DNA from: Psammoneis japonica
Taxonomy: Eukaryota
Assembly: GCA_008632985.1 (NCBI GenBank)
Contig: QPGO01000196.1
Span: forward strand, 62,001 to 126,000
Length of the DNA stretch: 64,000 nt
Direction: 5' to 3'
Of this stretch, positions 37,763-47,809 are shown one piece after another. Numbering within the stretch: position 1 is the stretch's first letter; each line of letters opens with the position of its first letter. The translations under genes were made by a program, and so were the position numbers. The notes beneath the pieces are model-generated. The model saw nothing but the letters and a program-made list of their open reading frames with translations, searched no databases and had not been told where the DNA came from.

Positions 37763-37978
37763 ATGGAGACTAGGAACAATACAAACAAATTGACTAAACG
37801 TGAGAAAAGAGAACTACGCGCAAGAGCAGCAGTTTGGGCTATTGAGCACCAGAAACAAGTACAACAACGTAAACGACACGAACAGAATTTGGCGAGCCGA
37901 GTGCATCATTTGGAGTCAAAGGTAGAGTCCCTGGAGAGGACTATTGAACAATTGTATTCCCTTTTTCATGATGAGTGA
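37763..37978 (+). CDS. Small upstream ORF (ORF0) of element D: basic + coiled-coil
   Basis: 71 aa ATG-initiated ORF similar to C ORF0. Its end overlaps the gag start (ATGATGAGTGA). Confidence 0.65.
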   Translation: METRNNTNKLTKREKRELRARAAVWAIEHQKQVQQRKRHEQNLASRVHHLESKVESLERTIEQLYSLFHDE

Positions 37979-39188
37979 ATCGTTGAAGGAGCCTTGCATT
38001 AGCTATGAAGCTAAATTTGAGCATTCTGACTTGGAGGAAGTGAAATTGACCCAATCGCATGATGACGGTAGTACTCGTACAAAAAAGTGTCCGCGTTTTG
38101 ATGGTACTCATGGCATTGAAGCATTGTTATTCGTTGAGGATCGTTTTCGTAAAATTGCTGTGAAATTGGAGTACACTACTGGCGAGGAGTTGTTCGAAAA
38201 TTTCGAGGAAGTGCTTACGGATACTGCAGAGGACAAGTGGGCGAACTTGACCAATGCAATTGACGATGCCGATAAAACTGTCGAGCGTTTTGATCAGGAA
38301 ATCAATCGTTTTTACTTGTCTTATTGTGATAATGAAGCGCGTGATACGATGATTGAATATTTGTTAACTTTGAAGAAACCATTCAAATCTGAAGTACAGG
38401 CGCATGCAGATCGCATGGAAACCTTGATTCGGTGCTCCAACAAACTACCAGGAAATACTCCTCAAGTCAACGAAGCTCAGAAGAAAAAGATGATATTCGA
38501 TAGCTTTCCTCGTCCGTGGCGTGAGATGTATACTCGAGCAGGACGAGCGATAGCGAACGATACTCTCGCTGAGATCATTAGTTATGTGAACAACGAGAAA
38601 TCTTTTGCTGACAAGAGTAGCAACAAGAAGCAGGACAAGAAGAGGAAAAGCAATAGTGCTTCGTCTCAAGCTTCAAGACGCTCTCGTGGCAATAGTGGTA
38701 GAACGGATCCAGAATCTAGATGCCCGGTACATACGAATCACGACCACAAGTGGAAGGATTGTATTTTGAATCCAGAAAGCCAAAACTGTCGACCAAGGTC
38801 CGACCGTGGCGGTCGTAGCGGAGGTCGTGGTGGAGGCCGAGGAAACTACCAAGGTAGAGGACCCCAAGGTCGAGGCGGTCGTGGCAACTTCCAAGGTCGA
38901 GGACGTGGTAATTATGGTAATCAAGGAGGACATGGAGGCCGAGGTTACGGCAATTATAACAACTCCCAGAATTCTCAAGGGAATGGATCCTATTACCAAA
39001 ATCAAAACGGCACCCAAGCCAACAGTGATACCCAAGGCTATGGAAATCCGGCTGGAGCAGCTCCTCCTGGTGGTTGGCAAATGGAGTCGCACCATTTTGA
39101 TCAAGGAGGGCCTCGTGAGATGCGAGGTGGAAATGGATACGATCAGAACGGTCGTACCCATCAAGGCCAACGAAGTTGGCGTAATTGA
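37968..39188 (+). CDS. gag: Gag of element D
   Basis: Open ORF with a CPVHTNHDHKWKDC knuckle and an RGG/NQGY-rich tail. Homologous to C gag. Confidence 0.88.
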   Translation: MMSESLKEPCISYEAKFEHSDLEEVKLTQSHDDGSTRTKKCPRFDGTHGIEALLFVEDRFRKIAVKLEYTTGEELFENFEEVLTDTAEDKWANLTNAIDDADKTVERFDQEINRFYLSYCDNEARDTMIEYLLTLKKPFKSEVQAHADRMETLIRCSNKLPGNTPQVNEAQKKKMIFDSFPRPWREMYTRAGRAIANDTLAEIISYVNNEKSFADKSSNKKQDKKRKSNSASSQASRRSRGNSGRTDPESRCPVHTNHDHKWKDCILNPESQNCRPRSDRGGRSGGRGGGRGNYQGRGPQGRGGRGNFQGRGRGNYGNQGGHGGRGYGNYNNSQNSQGNGSYYQNQNGTQANSDTQGYGNPAGAAPPGGWQMESHHFDQGGPREMRGGNGYDQNGRTHQGQRSWRN

Positions 39189-42100
39189 CAAGGGACGGAA
39201 GTGCCCAAGTCAGAGCGTGTCGCTCAATCTTTTTATGTTTCGTGTGATCGTGAAGAAAATATATGTTTTAATGTTGATGACAATGTGGGAGACCTGATGG
39301 AATCTTATACTATGAATGAAGAAAAATTGGGCGGCGTTTTGGAGTACGCTGTACCAACCCCTAAAACTACGACTCCTAAACCATTGAATGTGGTGCCAAC
39401 GACGTTGATGGCGGCGCGTGCCATTCAAAATCAAGAGAGTAAGCGAGTGTTACGAGTGCTATTGGATTCAGGAGGTACTAACACTCTTGTTCATTCTCGA
39501 GTTTTGCCGAAGGGAGCGAATCCAACCATGAACGATGAAGGACGGTTGAGCTTTCAGACGGTAGCCGGACGATGTGAATCCTCCCGATACGTTATTATGA
39601 AAGACTTGACATTGCCAGAATTTGACAAGTCAAAACAAGTCGATAGTATTGCGGCTCAAGTTTTTGATGCCCCATGCAAGTATGATTTAATTTTGGGACA
39701 AGACTTTTTGTCGAAAGCCGGAATCGTGCTTGATTTTCGATTTGGAATAATAAAGTGGTTGGAAACGTCGATCCCAATGAAGCAATCCAATCATTGGAAC
39801 TCAGTTCAGAATTGGTTGGATACACTGGAAGACGACGGAGAGGACGAAGACGATGAGGAAGCCTTCGGACAATCTTTTATGATGGACGCCAAATACGAAA
39901 AAGTATCATCCGCGAAAGTGGCGCAAGCTCAAACTCACTTAACTCAAGAACAACGTGATGAGCTACAAGCAGTGCTTGAAAAGCATGAAACCCTCTTTGA
40001 TGGAACGCTTGGTAAATATCCGCATGAGACTGTTCACTTGGAAGTTGATCCTAACGCTGTTCCCTTCCATTCTAAGGCTTATGAGGTATCCAAGAGGGAT
40101 GAAGCCGTTTTTAAGAAAGAACTACAGCATTTATGTAATATTGGCGTACTGGAACCAGTGGGACCAACTGAATGGGCAGCCGGAACTTTTGTAACTCCCA
40201 AAAAGGATGGACGAGTTCGATGGGTATCCAATTTTCGAGAGTTGAACAAGGTACTCAAACGAAAGGTCTATCCTCTACCGATCATTCAAGACGTTATTCA
40301 CCGACGCTCAGGATACAAGTACTTGACCAAGTTGGACCTCACTATGTTTTATTATCATATCGAGCTTGACGAAGAATCCAAGGATTTGTGTGCTATTGTT
40401 ACTCCGTTTGGAAAATTTCGATATTGTCGATTGGCCATGGGTTTGAAAACCTCTCCCGATATTGCTCAAGCCATCATTGAAAAAGTGGTAAAAGGAATCG
40501 ATGTTGAAACTTACATCGATGATATTGCTCAATTTGATGATTCGTTTGATGCTCACATACGTCGACTCGATGAGCTGTTATCCAGACTAGAAGAGAACAA
40601 TCTGAAAATTAACCCACTCAAGTGTGAATGGTGTGTCCAAGAGACGGATTTTTTAGGCCATTGGCTCACGCCTACAGGAGTCCGACCGTGGAAGAAGAAA
40701 GTGGAAGCGGTGCTACGAATGCAACCACCTAAAACTATGACACAACTACGATCGTTTATCGGTGCAGTAACTTATTATCGCAACATGTGGCCTCGTCGCT
40801 CACACGTGCTCGCTCCACTCACGAAGTTGACAGGCAAGAGCAAGTTGGAATGGACCCCTGAATGTCAACGAGCCTTTGAAGATATGAAAACTTTGATGCT
40901 GGACGACACCCTTTGGGTCTACCCGAATCATAACAAGCCATTCCATATTTATACTGACTCTTCGGACTATCAGATGGGAGCCGTAATTATGCAAGACGGG
41001 AAACCAGTAGCTTGCTGGTCCCGGAAACTCAGCGCAGCACAACAGAACTACTCTACGATTGAAAAAGAATTATTGGCGGTGGTAATGTGTTTCAAAGAAT
41101 TTCGAAGCATGTTATTTGGAGCTGACTGTACTGTTTTTACGGATCATAAAAATCTCACCTTTCGTACGCTCAATTCTCAACGAGTTCTTAGGTGGCGACT
41201 CTTCTTGGAAGATTTTGCCCCAACTTTCGAATACGTTGATGGCAAAGATAATCTTTTGGCGGATTGTTTTTCAAGATTGCCGCATATGGACCCTCCTACG
41301 GAAGGGAAGTGTGCTCCTAACAAGGGCAAGCTAATTGATTTTAAGACGATCAACCCTGCTATGCTACCGCATGAAGAAGAACTGGACGACCAAAACAGTG
41401 TGTCTCATTTTTCCTATCGTCGTAAAGAACCATCTCCATTTTATTCTTCTGTCGTGGACGACCCCGAATTGTGTGAATCATTTTTGAACTATCCTTCTCT
41501 CGAGGAAATGCAAAACCCTACAACTGTGCAACGAATTCAAGAGTACCAATTCGTCGACGTGGAGCTGAACAATGTGCGACAACAATATCCAGAACGCTTC
41601 GTTGTGGAACATGTGAATCAGCGTCCTGTAATTTGTTATTGTGCTCGACCGAATGATCCTCCGACTGCGTGGAAAATTTGTATTCCAACAGCGTTGCTGC
41701 ATGATATCATACGATGGCATCATAGGATTTTGGGACATGCAGGAGTGCACCGAATGCATTCCACTATTGGCGCACATTTCTGTCATCCTGCCCTTCGTCA
41801 ATCCTGTGAGAGATTTCATTGTGCTGATTGTCAACGTTTGAAAACTTTAGGCCCTGGACATGGGGACCTACCTGAACGGGAAGCGCCTTTATTACCATGG
41901 ACGGAAGTTGCGGTTGACCTCATCGGTCCCTGGAAAATTGAAATTCAAAACCATGAAATTGAATTCAACGCTTTGACTTGTATTGATGCCGTTTCGAATG
42001 TGACTGAACTTGTTCGTATCGACAACAAAACCTCGTCTCACATTGCTCAACAATTTGAAAATTGTTGGTTGTCTCGTTATCCTCTTCCTAACCGGTGTAT

Positions 42101-42683
42101 CCATGACAATGGTGGAGAATTCATTGGAGAGGACTTTCAATTGTTATTGCAACGAGCAGGAGTGGAAGACGCTCCGACTATGTCGCGAAATCCACAAGCC
42201 AATGCGGCATGCGAGCGTATGCATCAAACTGTTGGAAATGTCTTACGCACTTTGCTTCATGTTTATCCTCCACAGAATGTTGAGCAGGCTAATCAACTAG
42301 TGGACAATGCATTGGCAACCGCCATGCATGCAATGCGATGTGCGGTTTCTCGTGCTCTCAAGATATCACCCGGTGCTATGGTTTTTCAACGTGACATGAT
42401 TCTTGACTTACCGGTCCTAGCCGATCTTGCTACCATTCAAGAACACCGACAAGCGATTGTTAATGCGAATCTCCGTCGAGCCAACGCTAAACGCCGATCC
42501 TACGATTTTCAAGTTGGCGGACAAGTTCTACTCAAGGCTATCGACCCAACCAAGCTCGAGCCACGAGCTCACGGTCCATATCCTATCGTTCAAGTACACG
42601 CTAACGGTACACTTACGATCCAACGTACACCTCATGTGACAGAACGATTGAACACACGTCGCGTCGTACCGTATCATACCTGA
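39189..42683 (+). CDS. pol: Pol of element D (PR-RT-RH-IN), fully open and in frame after the gag TGA
   Basis: LLDSGG, YIDDI, YTDSSDYQMG, FTDHKNL, HAG..CADCQ, VDLIGP, HDNGGEF and NPQANAACER are present. Confidence 0.95.
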   Translation, partial: QGTEVPKSERVAQSFYVSCDREENICFNVDDNVGDLMESYTMNEEKLGGVLEYAVPTPKTTTPKPLNVVPTTLMAARAIQNQESKRVLRVLLDSGGTNTLVHSRVLPKGANPTMNDEGRLSFQTVAGRCESSRYVIMKDLTLPEFDKSKQVDSIAAQVFDAPCKYDLILGQDFLSKAGIVLDFRFGIIKWLETSIPMKQSNHWNSVQNWLDTLEDDGEDEDDEEAFGQSFMMDAKYEKVSSAKVAQAQTHLTQEQRDELQAVLEKHETLFDGTLGKYPHETVHLEVDPNAVPFHSKAYEVSKRDEAVFKKELQHLCNIGVLEPVGPTEWAAGTFVTPKKDGRVRWVSNFRELNKVLKRKVYPLPIIQDVIHRRSGYKYLTKLDLTMFYYHIELDEESKDLCAIVTPFGKFRYCRLAMGLKTSPDIAQAIIEKVVKGIDVETYIDDIAQFDDSFDAHIRRLDELLSRLEENNLKINPLKCEWCVQETDFLGHWLTPTGVRPWKKKVEAVLRMQPPKTMTQLRSFIGAVTYYRNMWPRRSHVLAPLTKLTGKSKLEWTPECQRAFEDMKTLMLDDTLWVYPNHNKPFHIYTDSSDYQMGAVIMQDGKPVACWSRKLSAAQQNYSTIEKELLAVVMCFKEFRSMLFGADCTVFTDHKNLTFRTLNSQRVLRWRLFLEDFAPTFEYVDGKDNLLADCFSRLPHMDPPTEGKCAPNKGKLIDFKTINPAMLPHEEELDDQNSVSHFSYRRKEPSPFYSSVVDDPELCESFLNYPSLEEMQNPTTVQRIQEYQFVDVELNNVRQQYPERFVVEHVNQRPVICYCARPNDPPTAWKICIPTALLHDIIRWHHRILGHAGVHRMHSTIGAHFCHPALRQSCERFHCADCQRLKTLGPGHGDLPEREAPLLPWTEVAVDLIGPWKIEIQNHEIEFNALTCIDAVSNVTELVRIDNKTSSHIAQQFENCWLSRYPLPNRCIHDNGGEFIGEDFQLLLQRAGVEDAPTMSRNPQANAACERMHQTVGNVLRTLLHVYPPQNVEQANQLVDNALATAMHAMRCAVSRALKISPGAMVFQRDMILDLPVLADLATIQEHRQAIVNANLRRANAKRRSYDFQVGGQVLLKAIDPTKLEPRAHGPYPIVQVHANGTLTIQRTPHVTERLNTRRVVPYHT

Positions 42684-43310
42684 GGTTAAGGGTTTTCTCC
42701 CCAACATTTGGGTTTCCCTTCTATCCTCATCCATTGAAATTTAAATTTTTTGAGTCCCGCATGATTCTCGACACTCGAATCATGGAAGGGAAGAGTGCAG
42801 TGTCTCGCACCTTATTTTTCTGATATATAGTATTAATGAACCTATTAGATATAACGGAAGCCGTTGTAATGGGCTTCGCTGAAAGCGACCCTCGTTACCT
42901 CGGTCTTTCGCTCACAAATTTTGTTATCACTGAAGTCTTTATCTCGTTAGACCTTGCAATTACATCGTGGAATACATTCCACGATGCTGTCGTGGAAAGT
43001 GAAGACTTTCCACGATACAATCGTGGAAAGTCATATGACTTTCCACGATGACTTTCCACCTTTCGAGGCTTATGTAAATGCCCGTAAAATAGGGTCATAT
43101 GACAAAATTTTGATCTCATCGCAACGCCTTGATGCCTACCTACCATACAAATCTTGCCATTTTCCAACGATTTTGGAACAACTCCCTCTCCAAAATCCAA
43201 GCCGTTACCTGCCTGCAAGGCCCAGTTCTTTCCCGCTTTACCGTTCGCCATGTACATGTACACCACTCCACTAGGCGATGTAGTGCATGAACTTCTCACA
43301 AGCGCATACT

Positions 43311-43706
43311 GACGCGTTCCAGCCCTAGGTGGGAGCTCGTAGCACTGACGTGTGACACAAATAATTTTTATCATCCGTCGTATGTTTCGCACGTACATTT
43401 CTACGTGTGATATTTAAAAAAAATTGTCCAGACTTGCTGTTTTGCGAAGCCCCAGACGTTTTACATGACGCATTTATAGAAACAATAATGCGCCAGTTAC
43501 ATTCTTCAATGTCTGAAGAATGTAACTGGCTAAGTAAAAATCGATGTACTTCAATCATGTGCGAGTTTTTGCGTTCGCAAAATTGCCTCATTTTCTGTTG
43601 GCGAACATTGACATTCTAATTACCGTATAATTTTACTACGGAGCTCGCACGTAGAATTCTACGGGCCCAATGTCACACGGATTCCCACCTACGTCTGGAA
43701 CGCGTC
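43311..43706. mobile_element. MITE family M, copy 3
   Basis: TIR GACGCGTTCCAG..TAGGTGGGA. TSD TACT/TGCT. The empty site is seen in the duplicated segment at ~54982. Confidence 0.9.
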
Positions 43707-43801
43707 TGCTGTATAGCTAGATCGTAGCTAACCCACTGCTGTAGACATTACGTCACCACTAACAAATATCCTAAATCTTGTTATTCCCTCACTAAAGCTG
43801 A

Positions 43802-44884
43802 TCATTCTACTTTCAAGCCTTTATTTACCTTTTCCGTGATGTATTCCATTGCATCATTTTGCTTGGACTTACCCACCTTTGTGTTGCCCAAAGTAATGGC
43901 GACACGTTGCATCACAGCATCTGTAACTCGGTACAGCTCTTGGCCTTCATGAACAAACTTCTTTCCCTTGAAGGACGCCCACTTCGTCTCGAGGAATCCT
44001 TCTTGGTTAGCGTAATAACGCGTGGAGAGCACGACACTTTCCGGGAAGCGCAAAATGAATTGACGGACGCCAGCACCATGGATGCTGCCATCCTCCTCGT
44101 CACGCAGCTTTTGCGCAAACTTCTTATTTTTCATTTCAGTCTGGCTGCAGGCATCACACCAGTCTGTGGCCTTCACATGATAGAGATGATATTTGTGCCT
44201 GTACTGATACGGCGCCGACGGAACTGTCATCAAGATGTCCGTCTCCAAGACAACCTGAGCCCGGCAGTTGTTCATGAAGAAGTCCTGAGCATGGGTGGAA
44301 TAGTTCACTATGTCAAAACCTTTGTGAACTTTTCCATCATCCACAGGACTGTCTTTGTCCCTAAAGAAGGTGATCCCAAGGTTGCCAAATATGTCGTGGT
44401 TGGTCGGATTGTCGAGGTCCACCATAACCACCTTCAAACCTGTGGCAGAAGAAAGCAACACCAAATGGCAAGTTGTGTTGAGTATCCTCACCGGAAGAGT
44501 CAGTGTCAAATCCTGACATGAGTCGTGCTGTGGATCTCTCGGCCGGTTTGAACGCCGAGGTTTGCGAGATGTCGACAGCACTCTGCTTCTGGAAGCGAGA
44601 GATAATGACGAATGCGTTGGCGAATTTTTTCTCTCAAATCAGATCCAGGTGGCCCGAAGAGATCACTTTGCCCTTTGCAAAGCCTGCAAATGTGAAGGTG
44701 ATATGGGAGTCGTTGCTGCCCAAATGCAAGCCCGCCCGATTCCTCAATGTGTGTGATGAGTTCGCACTCGAGTTCTAATGGAAGTCCACAGCTGTTAGAC
44801 CATTGAACTTGTTGCTGACAGTTGCCAATAGTAGTACCGCTGTCTTCTGCTGTTTTTGTGTCACTTGGGGTGTTCCCGTCCATG
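43802..44884 (-). pseudogene. Harbinger-element accessory ORF A (unknown function), frameshifted; second copy at ~55077-56183
   Basis: Overlapping ORF pieces (LITHIEESGG..CKGQSDLFGPPGSDLREKIRQRI; VVMVDLDNP..HKGFDI) are retained in both core copies. Confidence 0.5.
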
Positions 44885-45125
44885 AGCAATGCACAGCGAC
44901 ATGAAACAAAAGTTTTCGCTGAAGCCAGCCGATCTCTTGGAAGAGCAATCTGGTTTGTTGAAAGCGCACCAAAAACATCTGCAACGCATTGGATTTCAAT
45001 AAATAAATATAACGGTTGGAATTCTGGGGGCAATTGAACTTTCTAAGTAGAAAGATGCCGTTAATGGTTGGATTTTTTCGCGTGACTGAATTTTCGCTCG
45101 TCTTTCCAAAAACCGACGATGCACC

Positions 45126-46052
45126 ATGATGGGCCGAATGGAGAAACGACAAACAAAAGACCGCCCAAAGAAATGGGAGGAGCCGACAAAGAAGATGGGA
45201 GGAGATAAGGAGAGGCCACCTGCAAAAAAACAGAGCGAGGAAGCAGCTCGGTGGAGGAAAAGCTCAGCAAAAGCTCTGCTTCAGCAGGATCTCCAACAAG
45301 GCCAGATCCCACTTGATGCGGCTACCATGAGTGCCGAGGACATATGGTGGCAACGTACAGAGTTTGTCGACTTCAGCTTTGACTTTTTTAAAGCCCGTTT
45401 GGGTGTGCTATCGCAACAAAATATTCAAGGAAACTCACCCAGAGCTGGCACTACCGCAGCACGTCACAGGTGGCAGGAAATCCCGAATGAAGGAGGAGAA
45501 AGCAGCGGATAAGGCAAAAAAGGAAGAAGCAAAAAAGAAGCATTCACAAGAAGCAATTTTGTGGAGGAAAGGTGGGCTAAGGCATCTCCTCCAGCAAGAT
45601 CTCTGTCGAGGGGAAATCCCAGTTGACGACAGTGGCATGACTGCTGATGAAGCATGGTGGCAATGCCCAGAATATACCGAGTTCAGCCTTGAGTTCTTCG
45701 AGGCTCGTTTGGAGCACTATAGAGAAAAAGCATGCATGGAAAATCATCAAGCTGCTGCTGATGAGCTAGCACTGGCTCATGACAGGTGGCTGTTCCCCAA
45801 GAAGCCAACCAATTCCATCGGCAAGCCTCGATGGAAGGATCTTTGGCAGAGAAATATTTGAAGATAGACATTGACAAGGAAAAGCACACAGTGCTTGCAC
45901 CACGAGAACTTCGCAAAACCCGTGAAGAGCACCAGGTATTCGAGCTGGAGGTGTTCAGAAAGCACATTCACCAAGAGGTGAAAAAGCGAAAATACATTGC
46001 GTGGTGCAAGAACGATGCAGAGAAGAAGGCAAAGGGAGAAAAGAAGCAGTAA
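45126..46052 (+). pseudogene. Harbinger-element accessory ORF B with three W-x-x-S-x-A-K-x-LL-x-x-DL helical repeats; second copy at 56426-57346
   Basis: WRKSSAKALLQQDL..G.IP..W..R.EF..F..RL, WRKGGLRHLLQQDL..GEIP..WW..PEY..F..RL and W-GSLAEKYLKIDI..REE...FRKHI are joined by frameshifts. Confidence 0.55.
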
Positions 46053-46086
46053 CTTTCCAGAAACTACCTAATTAGTAGCTGCCACC

Positions 46087-46401
46087 TTATTCCACCACCA
46101 TGCCATCCCCACGCTTTTTCTTCTTGGCGCCACCCTCCATGGTCGTCTTGAATGATGCGAGCAAGCGATCCGCAAGTTTCTTGACATCGCTCTCGTCAAG
46201 TCCCATCTTGCCAAACTTCCTGGCGAGCACATCGACTTCTTCTAAAGGCTGCATCTCCTTGATAAACTTCTTCTTGATGTAGAAACTGACGTCCTTTTCA
46301 TACAAAAGCACCTTGACCTTCTGCGCGGTGATCTTTTTCACCCTTCCCCATTCGCCTTGGTGTTCTCCACCGACAATGTCAATGCTTCCTTTGGCAATCA
46401 T
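46087..46401 (-). CDS. Small KOW-motif-like ORF C; second copy at ~57369-57701
   Basis: KGSI(V)DVVGGEHQGEWGRVKKITAQKVKVLL resembles the KOW consensus (G..V.V..G...G..G.V). It is open in both copies. Confidence 0.5.
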   Translation of the reverse strand: MIAKGSIDIVGGEHQGEWGRVKKITAQKVKVLLYEKDVSFYIKKKFIKEMQPLEEVDVLARKFGKMGLDESDVKKLADRLLASFKTTMEGGAKKKKRGDGMVVE

Positions 46402-46639
46402 GGTGGCCTTTTCTGTTCCAATTGTGGATTGTGATTTGACTGCGAGTGTGAGCTATGTAGTGCTGTGCTGTAGCATGGACCGTGAGCGTGTGGAACTACA
46501 TTTGCACACTGCAATTGTAGCCTACCCAATCTATACGGCAAACCTGTCGAACATTTAAGTCCCACAAAATCTTGACTATTTTTATAGCTACGCGAGGGTA
46601 AGAGCCACAATTCCACAACAAAATTCACTGGTCCGCACG

Positions 46640-47290
46640 ATGCTTCGTATGTCGAGTAGTCAAGTGCTGCGGGTTGGCCTGCAGCTCTATGGAGTTGACA
46701 TCCATCACCAGAAACGGTCATCTGAGGCGGGTGACATCCGTCGATTCAAAAAAGTCTACGGCTCTAGCCCTGAAGTTTGCAAGAAAATTTTTCATGACCT
46801 CCAAATGACCAAGGTAGAAGCGGCAAGGATTGATCCGGCAGACATCTGTCTCGACTGTTTCTTTATGGCCATGAATTTCCTAAAACTGTGTGAAACGGAG
46901 GAAGTCCGCTCGGCCACTTTTGATGCATCTGAAAATACAATGCGCAAGTGGGTATGGCATTATGTTAGAAGGATTCAAGCACTCAAGAAAGAAAATATTG
47001 TCTGGCCAGACAAATGGAACCGCACTGCAAGCGACGTACCTGTTTTTCTCTTCTCCGTGGATGGTGTCCACTGCAGGCAAAACACCCGCTGTATTCAAAA
47101 CACAAGGAGCACTACTCTCATAAGTTCAAGCAAGCAGGTTTGACTTTTATGAGCTCGCCATGTCGATTCATGAGGATCAACTTGTGTGGATGTGTCGGCC
47201 ATTCCCAGCCTCAAAGCATGACATCACGATGTTCCAGGAGAAGCTTCTAAAAAAGATTGCACCTGGGAAACGTGCAATCGGTGACAAGGG
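46640..47290 (+). pseudogene. PIF/Harbinger (DDE_Tnp_4-like) transposase, frameshifted and 3'-truncated
   Basis: SVDGVHCR, YSHKFKQAGL, YELAMSI..LVW...FPASKHDITMF and AIGDKG are read across frameshifts. The sequence is cut at GDKG by the tandem array. Confidence 0.8.
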
Positions 47291-47736
47291 TTGAGGTCAC
47301 TTGCTTGACGAAGTCACCCCACCTACATTCGATAACCCCGATAAACATGTATGAACACTTCAATGATGAGGTGCGAAGGGGGGCTGCTTCGCAGTCGACC
47401 CCAACTCGGCAAGCGTCCTCTTACATAACAACCCATGATAGGAAGGGGGGTGTTCTAAAGGCTGCATCTCCTTGATAAACTTCTCAAACATTGGAAAGCT
47501 CTAAGTAAAACACTCAGAACACGCACAAAGCCATGGCAACCCCCAAGGGAGCAGAGGTGCTGATCACACCTTGAAGCTGCGAACCCAATGCAGAAGACAA
47601 GGCGACGTTCATGGTCCCGCGTCTGCAAGCACACCTGCTCGAGCCCACGTGCCAGCAGGACAGGACCTCTGGGCACTGGCAAACCACCAGCACTCAGAAT
47701 AAATTAGATGCTCTGATTGGTCCCCAACGTGTCAGT

Positions 47737-47809
47737 GAAAAGGTAAGCTCAGTGGTAGAGCTTCGCCGATCATAGGACGAGGCCGGGGGTTCGAGTCCCT
47801 CCCTTTTTC
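47737..47809 (+). ncRNA. tRNA-like / pseudo-tRNA Pol III cassette (also at 48464-48536 and 54629-54701)
   Basis: Box A-like AGCTCAGTGGTAGAGC and box B GGTTCGAGTCC. Acceptor stem GAAAAGG/CCTTTTT, D stem GCTC/GAGC and T stem GGGGG/CCCTC. The anticodon arm is non-canonical. Confidence 0.7.

Larger units (their letters stand above)
37571..42958 (+). mobile_element. Ty3/gypsy element D, structurally intact
   Basis: 163 bp LTRs at 37571-37733 and 42796-42958. 5 bp TSD ATTAC. PPT GGAAGGGAAGAG. Confidence 0.97.

Noticed and set aside
42960..43060. CRISPR-like short repeat cluster (also 58460-58580)
   Set aside because: Irregular spacing, both orientations and no cas genes. These are subterminal repeats matching the Harbinger TIR motif.
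47737..47809. Possible UGA-suppressor tRNA (TCA central in the loop GATCATA) that might serve gag-pol readthrough
   Set aside because: The anticodon arm needs a bulge, the loop lacks the invariant U33, the third copy reads GATCGTA, and there is an extra base before the D stem. A functional tRNA is not supported.
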